A DNA stretch of 26,899 nt from IMG/VR virus record IMGVR_UViG_3300027801_000134, positions 1 to 26,899 of that record. One strand, given 5' to 3'. Shown piece after piece: positions 15,875 to 24,788 of the stretch. Below the pieces are notes generated by a model. The model was not told the DNA's origin. It made no database searches and saw nothing but the letters and a program-made list of their open reading frames with translations. Every line of letters begins with the position of its first letter. Positions within the stretch are counted from its first letter, which is position 1. The translations under genes and the position numbers were made by a program. The DNA comes from a virus (taxonomy: Duplodnaviria; Caudoviricetes).

Positions 15875-18256
15875 TCACCAATATGTTGCGGGTCGGGGTT
15901 CACCTGTTGCAGCACTCAAGTCCCAACCCAAGACTTGATACATGCCCTTCAATTTACTCACGATTGCTTTGTCAAGAATGACTTTAGCATCAAGAGTATA
16001 TCCTTCCATCTCTTCATCCTCTCGGTAAGCAACTACTTGCGTAGGTGGCTGACCGGCAGGAACAGACCTTACATATGTCCACTTGACAGAATCCCCCGCT
16101 TCAAACGGGTCGCCTGTGGACATGTTGTTGTTATAATAATGCGCGGCCTTGCTTGCACCGGACAGGATTTTGTAATCATCCGGCGCTCGGCTAATCCGCG
16201 TTTGCTTTGTTACCTCTTTGAGAGAGACAACACCCTTACGCACAGGTAGCGCGAGTTTGAGTATCTCTTCTCGGACAATTGCTTCGCTCTCACCTTGACA
16301 AATTAAAGTAAGCGCGGTGCGTTCAGCAACTTTACTGAGGGGTGCAAGACTGCTACCCTTCAAGAAGTTCGCTGACTTCATCTTGCCCTCATCTTCGGGA
16401 GGCCATGACACCCTACCTGCATACTTGTTCTTCTTCTCAAAGAACCAATACGGAAGGTAGGCTTCAAGTTCAGCAAAGAGCATCTTGTTACCCGTAGCAT
16501 CTTGCACCGCTTCGGTGATGCGAGCAGATAAAGTATGCGCGTCTTCAAACGGAACTTGAATAAACGCACTGTCCGTAAATCCATACAGAACATTATACCC
16601 AAGCCTTGTTGCTACCGTATCAAGCAACCGAATACAGCGACGACCCTCCGATAGAATGGTGTGCGCTATGTCAGTATCAGCCCAACCAAATCCAGCATGC
16701 GCGGTCATCCCATACAGACTCGCCATCACTCTCTTAATAGCAGACTGTGTAGTATTCCATGCGCCTCTCTCTTGTTCAGTCTCGGCATCCTTCATCTTCT
16801 GTTTGCACTCGGCTCGGAACTCAAACAGATAGTCAACCACTTCGGGTAGTATTCCTTTCTTGGTTTGGTCCCAATACGAACCGTTCTCAAGTTGGACAAT
16901 ACCCTCACCCGGACCGTCGCGCTTCGTAGTGAAGCACAAGTTATGTCCTGTGATAAGTGATGGGTATAGCCCCTTGTAATCAACAATAGCAACACCCTCA
17001 TACAAGCCCGGCTCTTTCAAAATGAACTCCGCACCTTCTAAGTCAACCTTCTCAGCCTTGTAGCGAGAGGGTGCTTTGAGTTGGGTTCGCCTTGATAATA
17101 AACCTCGCGCGAAGTTTGTCACATTCGTCGCCGATTGGATAGAGACACCACACAACCTAACCATCTCCGAATAGAAGTCAGTTACATTTCGCGCTTCGTC
17201 AATACCACGGAGGAGAACAGTGTCAAGCATACAGTAGTCAACAAACTCCGACCAATACTCACGCCATCCATTGTGAACATCCATGCCCTCAATCTCTTCG
17301 GTGAGTTTTGAACCAAGCCCTAACTCTTCTGCGATAGTATTCAACTTAAGATTGGGTAGTTGTCCACCACCACTATCCTTCCATACTCTCTCAAACCCTG
17401 TTCCGCTTGTGGCAGGTGCGGCAGTATCAAACTGCCATCGCCCTACAATCGGTTGGTCTGTTGGATGGTATCTGTCATTCTGTTTCTGCTTAGGGTATCG
17501 GATAATACCAAGAGGACTCAACTTAGCCGCGCCACCCGGACCATGAATCTTATCAAGTCGGGCAATCATATGTGGTATGTCAAAGAATGTTCCCGCGTGG
17601 GCAATCATCATGTCGGGGTCACGCTCATTCAAGAAATCAATAAACCCATGATAGAGGCCCTCTTCGCTACGGAATAACCGCAGGTCATATTCTGTGTCGC
17701 GCACCTCTCTTCTGTAAGTTATGCCATGCGGGTGAGCATCCGGCCCAAACCATTGAGGTATGTCATACGGACAGTTGGTTGTCTCGTCAGTCCACGCGAA
17801 CACAATAGGTATATCCCAATCGGAATCAATGACAGAAATAACAGTAGTGAACTTGTCATCCCCTGTGTTACATTCAATATCATACCACCATTTACGCGGC
17901 TTCCACTTAGGCATCTCAGCAACAGTGTCAATTAGAAATTGGTCAACATACCTAACATCAGCCTCGTAAGTGCGAGCAAACATCTCGCGCATTCGGCTTA
18001 TGTCATAAGGTGAGTTAGTGCTTACACGATAGAGTAAGGTCCCGTCAAGACCTTCGTATGTCTTATCCATATCCACTTCTGCTTGAGGGTATGAACGCTT
18101 CAACCCTTTCAACCTAAACTCCGGTGTTGACTGAGGCACATAGAAATGAGGCTTGTAACCTTCAACTGTGTTAGTAATCAATATCTCTTCTTCATCACGA
18201 TAGCGTGTGTAAATGGTAGGTGGTGCGTCGTCATGGTAAATCGCATCAGCAATCAT
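15875..18256 (-). CDS. polB: Family B DNA polymerase with 3'-5' exonuclease domain, 793 aa
   Basis: YEADV, YDIEC, FFDIP, YCMLD, DYKGLYPS, KRVMASLYG, YGFTDS, KKNKYAG. Confidence 0.95.
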   Translation of the reverse strand: MIADAIYHDDAPPTIYTRYRDEEEILITNTVEGYKPHFYVPQSTPEFRLKGLKRSYPQAEVDMDKTYEGLDGTLLYRVSTNSPYDISRMREMFARTYEADVRYVDQFLIDTVAEMPKWKPRKWWYDIECNTGDDKFTTVISVIDSDWDIPIVFAWTDETTNCPYDIPQWFGPDAHPHGITYRREVRDTEYDLRLFRSEEGLYHGFIDFLNERDPDMMIAHAGTFFDIPHMIARLDKIHGPGGAAKLSPLGIIRYPKQKQNDRYHPTDQPIVGRWQFDTAAPATSGTGFERVWKDSGGGQLPNLKLNTIAEELGLGSKLTEEIEGMDVHNGWREYWSEFVDYCMLDTVLLRGIDEARNVTDFYSEMVRLCGVSIQSATNVTNFARGLLSRRTQLKAPSRYKAEKVDLEGAEFILKEPGLYEGVAIVDYKGLYPSLITGHNLCFTTKRDGPGEGIVQLENGSYWDQTKKGILPEVVDYLFEFRAECKQKMKDAETEQERGAWNTTQSAIKRVMASLYGMTAHAGFGWADTDIAHTILSEGRRCIRLLDTVATRLGYNVLYGFTDSAFIQVPFEDAHTLSARITEAVQDATGNKMLFAELEAYLPYWFFEKKNKYAGRVSWPPEDEGKMKSANFLKGSSLAPLSKVAERTALTLICQGESEAIVREEILKLALPVRKGVVSLKEVTKQTRISRAPDDYKILSGASKAAHYYNNNMSTGDPFEAGDSVKWTYVRSVPAGQPPTQVVAYREDEEMEGYTLDAKVILDKAIVSKLKGMYQVLGWDLSAATGEPRPATYW

Positions 18257-19026
18257 TAGTTAACCCCCTGTTGGTGCTTTAGGATAATCAAGCAATCCTT
18301 CTCTTGATGTTCTAAAACAAGGGCGGCGTTGCCTCCTATATAGAAGTCAACAACTCCACTATCCATACACGCGAGTGTGTTAGGTAGGTGAGAACCAAAG
18401 TGTGTTATCACTTCTTCATCCCCTCCCGTATTACCCAACTCAATAACTCTAATAACATTAGCGCTTCCTACAATATGTCCTACGGTGATAACCATTTCCG
18501 AATCAGTAGGCGATACCTTGATGCGACAAGGTGCGTCTTTACCTGCGACCTTGACAGCAGCCCCAAGACCACTGAGTTTATCCATGTTGATTGAACCGTT
18601 AACCTGTAATTTGGCTGGTCCAATCTTCGCGTAATTACTATCTTTCATTTGCTGAATAGCAACCTTTGCGCGGTCAGTAGTTAGAGCAGAACGGATGTGT
18701 GTGTGGCTCGGTAACTGTAAAGAATCGTCCCCTACCTTCAAATTAAGAGAGCCGTCCCATTGGCTCACTATACATAAGTCTTGCGAAAAGGACTTAAGGA
18801 AGGTCAGCACTTTGCCCACATCGCTAATGTATATCTTACCCGGTCTGTATGTGACTTCTTCGCTCAATAACACACTCATACTCTTAGCGCAGTAGTGCGT
18901 TGCGGTGTCAACAGCCCCATGTATTCGGTTACTCTTGACTTCCAAAAGCAAGTCTTCAATGTTGTTACCAAACCCGCCGATAAACGCGAGTAGTTTGGTT
19001 CGCTCAACTATTGTTTGGGTGGCCAA
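18256..19026 (-). CDS. pcn: PCNA-like sliding clamp, 256 aa
   Basis: Size and two-domain alpha/beta pattern (LLLEV...GAVDTATH); adjacent to polB with a clamp loader in the same operon; TTG start after GGAGGTGA. No diagnostic motif, so the call is contextual. Confidence 0.6.
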   Translation of the reverse strand: MATQTIVERTKLLAFIGGFGNNIEDLLLEVKSNRIHGAVDTATHYCAKSMSVLLSEEVTYRPGKIYISDVGKVLTFLKSFSQDLCIVSQWDGSLNLKVGDDSLQLPSHTHIRSALTTDRAKVAIQQMKDSNYAKIGPAKLQVNGSINMDKLSGLGAAVKVAGKDAPCRIKVSPTDSEMVITVGHIVGSANVIRVIELGNTGGDEEVITHFGSHLPNTLACMDSGVVDFYIGGNAALVLEHQEKDCLIILKHQQGVN

Positions 19027-19262
19027 GTAATCACCTCCCCGAACTGTGCAAAGTGTTCACTCGCGCATTTGTGACACAAGGGTCGCTTATCATGCCAATC
19101 GGAGTTGCCCATCAACCTAACAGGAGGAGGCGTATATTGCAATTTGTCCCCGCATAGGTATATTGTGACTGCTCCGCTTCCGCTAACATGTATTGGGTAT
19201 TTGTTAGGGTCTGTCTTCTCACTCACTGTTACCATCTCCATCAGTAGTCTTTGTCGGAACAT
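19008..19262 (-). CDS. Small Zn-binding hypothetical protein (true start probably about 19226-19241)
   Basis: HV...YLCG...LCHKC; fills the gap between genes. Confidence 0.55.
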   Translation of the reverse strand: MFRQRLLMEMVTVSEKTDPNKYPIHVSGSGAVTIYLCGDKLQYTPPPVRLMGNSDWHDKRPLCHKCASEHFAQFGEVITWPPKQ

Positions 19263-19632
19263 ATCTCAAGCATATGCATGCATAGAATGAGGTAATCTTC
19301 TCACCATCTGCGATGTGCGCTTCTTCAACTTCACCTGTCCCAACACATGCTTTACAAGCAGGGTCAGCCTCAACAGTCATGTAATTGAAAATACACTCAC
19401 ACGGGTCCCATTCGTAGTCAATACCTTCTGCTTTACCGTCTCGGTCGTATAGCGTTACCTGTAACCAAATTTTACCTTCTCCTCCACATTCCATACATGA
19501 TGGATTAGGTTCGTAAGCAGGGTATTTGTCCGATAGGGGGCTTATTGAGTCAACTGCGCGCGGTTTGCTTTCGTTATGCGCAGGTGTTCCTGTTCTTGGG
19601 AACTCATTATTCTCGTTAGTGTTATTGTTCAT
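19219..19632 (-). CDS. Tandem DnaJ-type Zn-finger (CxxCxGxG) protein
   Basis: CMECGGEG...PCEC and CKACVGTG...ACIC; ATGA overlap at 19629-19632. Confidence 0.7.
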   Translation of the reverse strand: MNNNTNENNEFPRTGTPAHNESKPRAVDSISPLSDKYPAYEPNPSCMECGGEGKIWLQVTLYDRDGKAEGIDYEWDPCECIFNYMTVEADPACKACVGTGEVEEAHIADGEKITSFYACICLRYVPTKTTDGDGNSE

Positions 19633-20615
19633 ACTTGCCCCTCTTGAAGTTCCGGTAGTCCGAACCATTGTGGCGCTTCGCCTTTCTTGGTTCTCATAAC
19701 AAGTCTGCGCTGGTCTAATAACACAGGGTTGGTTCTGCTCTTCACAAACTCAACTTCGTATCGCATCTCTCCTGTTGGAGCATTGTCTTCTCCGCGCACC
19801 TTGCTCTTGTGAAACCAAAGAATTTGGTTAAGGTGGTTAGCGGTTTGCTTCTCCCATGCAGGTTTCTTACCGATGACAGCACCGGATTTGTCTTGCAGTT
19901 CTTTGAAGTGAGTCTCCCAATACACACGCACACCGAGACTCATAAGCACTTTACAAATTGCTGTGAGTTGGTGGAAACGAGTTGAACGGATTTGCCAATT
20001 GAATCGCATACCGATTTGCTCATGAGGCTTGATTTTAGCACCGATACCATCCGGTGCAGTTCCTAAATCCTCTATGAACATACAGTTAGTCGCAACACTA
20101 TCCCATTGGTCTAACCCTGTGACAAGAACGCTGTTCAGTCTTGGTTTGTTGCCGGGTTTATTAGCCCAATCAACAAGAGTCCTACCAATGTTCATGACTC
20201 GCGCATGTGTAGCCGGATAGTCAAAGGCATCCCTTGATTGGTCTTGCATGACCCACGGAGATAGCACACGGATATTCCTTGCGTTTGCGCGATGATGAGT
20301 AGCACGAATTGTTTGTCCGCCACCATCAAAGTCAAGCACGAAGATTACTTCATCGTTCGCAATCTCTTCATCTGTGAGGCTGTCAAGCACTATGCCGGTC
20401 TTACCTGTGCCTTCGGGACCTACAAGGCCCATGAAGGTTTGATTGTCCGGTATCTCATCCGCCGCAGTTTGGATTTCTCCCCAAATTCCTTGAGCGATAG
20501 GCGCGCTTTTGACAGGCGTGGCATCATCCCCTGCAACGGGGACAAGTATTTCTTGCGCAACTTCGTTCTTGGTTTCGGCTTCTGCTTGTAGTTTCAAATC
20601 ATTTAAGTTTGCCAT
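19629..20615 (-). CDS. RecA-superfamily ATPase (RadA/Sak4-like recombination protein)
   Basis: GPEGTGKT, VLDFDGG, FVKSRT; likely start MANLND. Confidence 0.7.
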   Translation of the reverse strand: MANLNDLKLQAEAETKNEVAQEILVPVAGDDATPVKSAPIAQGIWGEIQTAADEIPDNQTFMGLVGPEGTGKTGIVLDSLTDEEIANDEVIFVLDFDGGGQTIRATHHRANARNIRVLSPWVMQDQSRDAFDYPATHARVMNIGRTLVDWANKPGNKPRLNSVLVTGLDQWDSVATNCMFIEDLGTAPDGIGAKIKPHEQIGMRFNWQIRSTRFHQLTAICKVLMSLGVRVYWETHFKELQDKSGAVIGKKPAWEKQTANHLNQILWFHKSKVRGEDNAPTGEMRYEVEFVKSRTNPVLLDQRRLVMRTKKGEAPQWFGLPELQEGQV

Positions 20616-20620
20616 ATGTC

Positions 20621-21937
20621 TCACTCTCCGTATTGTTGAACAGTAGTTTCTCCACCTTCTCCTGCGGGAATTGCAAGACGAGGGACAGCATAGATACCAA
20701 CCGCGTTAATCTTAGGAATCATGTCGTCGTCTTTCAACGATACACCGAGGCGGCCATAGATAATGACTGTTGACTTGATAGCGTAAGGTTTGTAACCTTC
20801 ATCTGTCGCAACTTCAAACGGATGGGCTTCGTCACCGAGGAACCCATGTATGCCTACACCAATATCCCTGCGATTACCTTCACCGAAGGAGCGCATAAGG
20901 TCAAAGGAAGTCACACGCATAAAGTATGTGTGTCCTGTTGGGTCATACTCATAGTCGCTTGGTTCAAGTCGGAGGTCACTAACCTTAGCCTTGATGAGAA
21001 CCATTGGTCCGATAGGTTTTGCAAACCCTGCGATAGTCTCGCTCTTGGTATCAAAGATTTCACCGAGAGTGGATAAGTCCTTGACATAAGCATCGGATGA
21101 TGGTAGCAAGCGTTCCGGCTTGATAGCATCCATGTATTGCTCCTCAACAATGTTACCGTATGTGACTGATGCAGGGAATGGTAGTCCGTTCCATACATTC
21201 TCCCATCCCTTTGAAGGTTCTCCGTTTCGCGCTCTTACCTTTAAGGTGCAAGGCTCAAACATTTGAGGGACATGCCAATCTTCTGCGGTCTTAGAAGTGA
21301 TGGTTATTCTCAAGGTTTCTTGAGCGTCCATGAAGTTAGCCTTCTCGTTACCAAAGAAGTGGTATGTGCGTTGCCACCTGTATGGTGTGATTGGTTCACC
21401 AAAGCGACTCCAATCAGCATTGTTTTGCAGGATAGCAATAGACAGGCCATGCTCATCAAAGAGGAACCACGGTTTATCGTCTGCGCTTTCTTCTGTCTTA
21501 ACAGGTCCGTCTTTCTTCTCAAGCATCCATACGCCACCTTCTGTGTAGGCGCGAGCCACAAGTCCAAGATTGATTGCTTCACTCAAATCATTCATTGCGG
21601 CTGTTACTGCCGGAGCGCGCTTTCGTTCTTGACCGTCTCTTACCTTGCTGTCCACTCCAATGAAGTAGCCGACAAGTTCGGTTGCGTTCGCTGACGATGT
21701 GCTTGACATTACTCGGCGTTCAACCATGAATGATTCAGCGGCTTCAATCAAGAAGTCGTCGTCTTCATCTTTCGGGTTGCTGATACCGAGGTCGGATAAT
21801 AGGTAGGCTGTGAACTCTTCACGCGCTTGCTCCATCGTCTTGTTGTGTTTCTCGGACCACCACTTTAGGCGGTCTTCCACTTCTCCGTGAAAGGTTAGGT
21901 CGTTGTTCGGGCTATCTTTTTGGTTATCTATGTTCAT
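20621..21937 (-). CDS. Putative ssDNA-binding (RPA/OB-fold) protein, 438 aa
   Basis: Acidic, with a helical N-terminus and OB-like C-terminal strands (VLIKAKV...TVIIYGRL...KINAVGIYA); located between RFC and the recombinase. The call is an inference. Confidence 0.45.
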   Translation of the reverse strand: MNIDNQKDSPNNDLTFHGEVEDRLKWWSEKHNKTMEQAREEFTAYLLSDLGISNPKDEDDDFLIEAAESFMVERRVMSSTSSANATELVGYFIGVDSKVRDGQERKRAPAVTAAMNDLSEAINLGLVARAYTEGGVWMLEKKDGPVKTEESADDKPWFLFDEHGLSIAILQNNADWSRFGEPITPYRWQRTYHFFGNEKANFMDAQETLRITITSKTAEDWHVPQMFEPCTLKVRARNGEPSKGWENVWNGLPFPASVTYGNIVEEQYMDAIKPERLLPSSDAYVKDLSTLGEIFDTKSETIAGFAKPIGPMVLIKAKVSDLRLEPSDYEYDPTGHTYFMRVTSFDLMRSFGEGNRRDIGVGIHGFLGDEAHPFEVATDEGYKPYAIKSTVIIYGRLGVSLKDDDMIPKINAVGIYAVPRLAIPAGEGGETTVQQYGE

Positions 21938-22848
21938 ATTTGTTCCTCCTTATTGTTTGTTTCTTGAGTGTATAGCGTCGCTACAAAGTAGTCCAAAAAG
22001 GACGAGTTTGTTAGGGGCCATTGGTGCATTCGTAACACGAAATCTCCCCACACACACAAGAAGGTATATAGTTGTTTTGAATCAAGTCCTATGGAAAGGA
22101 CATGTTCGTGGATGCGGTGCATCATGCCGTGACGAGTCACACCATTATCATTCATCACCCGTAATGTTCGGTGAAGGGACTCCCAATCACCCGCGGCAAT
22201 CTGCATCGCCGCCACATCATATTCTGTTGAGTCTTGTGATAGAGGCATACCGCTTATCACATGTTTTTGTATTGCTCTTAAATCTCCCGCGAAGTGAGTA
22301 GCCAATTCGTCGGCGTTATAATCTTTGGACACTGTTGACATATTACCAGCATCACTCCATTCGTTATCCAACAAATGCAAATACGCGCGAATGTCTTCCG
22401 AAGAATACGGTTTGAAGGTGAATTTCGTGCATCGCGACTGTAAAGCAGGGATGATGGATGTTATGTTATTGCATGTAAGAATGAAGATAGCATCCGTAGT
22501 TTCCATGATACGACGGAGTGCTTCTTGAGCAGGTTTAGTCAGCCCGTCAGCCTCGTCAAGCAGTATGAGATTCTTATTCCATAACCCCGATGTTTGGCAC
22601 AAGGTTTTGATTTTGTGTCGGATGAAATCAATACCGCGCTCATCGGAGGCATTGAATTCGTGGAGGGAATAACCAAGTTCATTCGCTATTACCATAGCGG
22701 CTGTTGTTTTTCCTGTCCCCGAAGGTCCTGCAAACAATAAGTTTGTAGGCGCTTCTTCTCTCCATTCGTCTATGTAAAAGAAGGGAAGATTCGGATTGCT
22801 TCCCCCTATTATTTTTTCAGTCGTTGTCGGTTTCAATTCTTTTCTCAT
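21934..22848 (-). CDS. rfcS: Clamp loader, replication factor C small subunit
   Basis: GPSGTGKTT, EFNASDERGI, LDEAD, AQEALRR, LQSRC, GDLR. Confidence 0.95.
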   Translation of the reverse strand: MRKELKPTTTEKIIGGSNPNLPFFYIDEWREEAPTNLLFAGPSGTGKTTAAMVIANELGYSLHEFNASDERGIDFIRHKIKTLCQTSGLWNKNLILLDEADGLTKPAQEALRRIMETTDAIFILTCNNITSIIPALQSRCTKFTFKPYSSEDIRAYLHLLDNEWSDAGNMSTVSKDYNADELATHFAGDLRAIQKHVISGMPLSQDSTEYDVAAMQIAAGDWESLHRTLRVMNDNGVTRHGMMHRIHEHVLSIGLDSKQLYTFLCVWGDFVLRMHQWPLTNSSFLDYFVATLYTQETNNKEEQI

Positions 22849-22884
22849 TTTGGTTCATAACTATGGAATAGTCCAACGCGCTAC

Positions 22885-22892
22885 CTTATATA
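22885..22892 (-). promoter_or_regulatory. Putative TATA box (TATATAAG) for the RFC-SSB-PCNA-polB operon
   Basis: About 36 nt upstream of the RFC ATG, in the largest intergenic region. Confidence 0.55.
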
Positions 22893-23000
22893 GTAAATCC
22901 GGCAAACCCCCAAATAAGCAGGAGAAGGCAACCTCCTTTGGCGATACTATGTTTTCTTGCTTGTTTTCATACTTCAACCCCCAATATGCCTTCTCTTGCC

Positions 23001-23087
23001 CTCTTTTCGGTATTTCGGTATTTCAACTGAAACAATAAAGGAATTACTATATCTATTACAGAAGGAACAGTGAAAAACCGAAAAGAG
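23001..23087. repeat. Tandem TTTCGGTA units plus a 16-bp imperfect inverted repeat flanking an AT-rich spacer
   Basis: CTCTTTTCGGTATTTC (23001-23016) versus GAAAAACCGAAAAGAG (23072-23087), one mismatch; 23004-23019 is identical to 11826-11841. Confidence 0.8.
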
Positions 23088-23109
23088 TCCTTAAATTGAG
23101 GCGTATGGC

Positions 23110-23454
23110 CTACTCTAACATAGTGATAGCATCAAGGATGTCTTGGTGCGTTGCTCGCCTCTTGTTAATATCAAGTATTTTCAGCATACGCCCCATGCCT
23201 TCTATGTCTTTCACATACTGTTTAACAGGGGCAAGTAATCGTATAATTGATTGGATTTGCGCTTTATTTTTGATAATACGGGCGGTCACACCCTTAGAGG
23301 CGAGCCACATATTGAGATATGGTTCATCGTTAGGTGATACAATTACCCTCCGAGCAATACGATAACCTATTCTTGTTCTTGGTGCGTAATGCACACTTGC
23401 TTGAAATCGGCACTCCCTTGCCAGCCACGCGAGAAAGAATGTATCATCTTCCAT
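23110..23454 (-). CDS. Degenerate single-domain LAGLIDADG-like protein, 114 aa
   Basis: N-terminal FFLAWLARECRFQASV...IGYRIARRVIV and 'IIRLLAPV' follow the LAGLIDADG helix-strand layout; basic. Confidence 0.45.
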   Translation of the reverse strand: MEDDTFFLAWLARECRFQASVHYAPRTRIGYRIARRVIVSPNDEPYLNMWLASKGVTARIIKNKAQIQSIIRLLAPVKQYVKDIEGMGRMLKILDINKRRATHQDILDAITMLE

Positions 23455-24784
23455 AGGATGCCCTCTCCATTAAATCCCCAATTTGAACAGCGTCACTGAT
23501 ACCGAGTGTTGTATCAATCTTAGTGAGATAGGGTGCGCGCAGTTTGTTTGTGTCTGTATCAAATGACAGTGCGTGAAATATACCAACGAGTCCTTCTCGG
23601 CATTCTCTATACACATTGGATTCAAAGAGAGGCGTAAGTATGTCGGGTAAGTTCTCTTCTTTCACATACGCATATCCAATAGGACACACATCAAATCCGT
23701 CAAGCGCACCCACCTTTATTCTAATACCGGCACTATCGGCTTTGCCTCCGAGAATTAGAAGCGGTAAGTCAAATGTTCTGCGAGGCACGATGAAGCCACC
23801 CACAGCCCCGCTATGGAAATATGGTCTGTCCGCATCAACAAGTCGTAGTGTTTCGTCAGTGTCTAATGATTCAACCAAGCGTCGCAGGTGTGATTCGGAT
23901 TCAACAACACGCGAATGAACACTCCTTTCAATACGAGATTTCATCCATAGATTCGGATTGTCATTCGTGTGTAACCATTCAACAGCGTTACCATGTGAGT
24001 CAAACTCACCTACGCAATCATGCTCTCCGTCTATCACGATATTGTATGACCCTGCGAATTTCTCCCCGCGCCTATCAAATGAAAATACCCTCCCGTTCTT
24101 CCGATGGACAAAGATGTGTTCTCCGACGATGACTTCATAGTGAGTGTTGGTGAATGGTAAAGACCAATAGGCCCAACGAGAATAGCGCGGGGCGAGGAAT
24201 GGGTAGCATGGTTCTATTGCGAAGTTGACAGCGAGCGTGTTTGATAACGCCTTCTTGATTACATCCGATGGTGACATGACTACTCGCGCTTGTTGTAATC
24301 TCTCAAGTGAATAGGTTGTGCGTGTGGCAACTCCGGCCATAACCTTGCGGTAGTTGATTAGCGTTCTTCCAAAACAAAATCCCCAAAACACTCTCGCTCC
24401 CATCTTACTCATTGATGCGAACAATACCTCCGCGCTCATGTTATCCATAGCGATGATGTTTGATTTGAGTTCTCTCGCATCTGCAAGGGTGAGTGATGAT
24501 TCAACTTCGTCGGGTGATTCGTCGGATAGTATAAGCGGTAATTCTTTTTCGTCTCCTAACGATTCGTATTCTTCGGGGAACATACCATAGGAGTTGTTGA
24601 TTAGCGCTATTATGTGGTGTTGCTTTACTGAATCTCTTGGGGTGGCGCAACATAATTTGAGTATGTCTTCTATTTGATTCGGGTTGTCGTGAAGTAAATC
24701 ACCGATGAGGTTATGCATCTCTAACTTAGATTCGCTTGTTTGGATAGAAGCAACGATAGACGCTAACTCCTCAAGATGAATCAT
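23444..24784 (-). CDS. ATP-dependent DNA ligase homologue, probably inactive
   Basis: Helical N-terminal domain, PFLAP, 'YEVIVGEHIFVHRKNGRVFSFDRRG' (aligns to ExKxDGxRxQxHK..V..FSR), and an OB-domain tail 'FDLPLLILGG...LRAPYLTKI'. Likely start MIHLEE at 24784. Confidence 0.65.
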   Translation of the reverse strand: MIHLEELASIVASIQTSESKLEMHNLIGDLLHDNPNQIEDILKLCCATPRDSVKQHHIIALINNSYGMFPEEYESLGDEKELPLILSDESPDEVESSLTLADARELKSNIIAMDNMSAEVLFASMSKMGARVFWGFCFGRTLINYRKVMAGVATRTTYSLERLQQARVVMSPSDVIKKALSNTLAVNFAIEPCYPFLAPRYSRWAYWSLPFTNTHYEVIVGEHIFVHRKNGRVFSFDRRGEKFAGSYNIVIDGEHDCVGEFDSHGNAVEWLHTNDNPNLWMKSRIERSVHSRVVESESHLRRLVESLDTDETLRLVDADRPYFHSGAVGGFIVPRRTFDLPLLILGGKADSAGIRIKVGALDGFDVCPIGYAYVKEENLPDILTPLFESNVYRECREGLVGIFHALSFDTDTNKLRAPYLTKIDTTLGISDAVQIGDLMERASYGR

Positions 24785-24788
24785 GTCA

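Noticed and set aside
15875-22848. Inteins in PolB or RFC
   Set aside because: Protein lengths are normal, motifs are contiguous, and no C...HN splice junctions are evident.
22849-23109. tRNA or structured ncRNA in the large intergenic region
   Set aside because: No cloverleaf or T-loop consensus was seen; promoter and repeat elements explain the region better.
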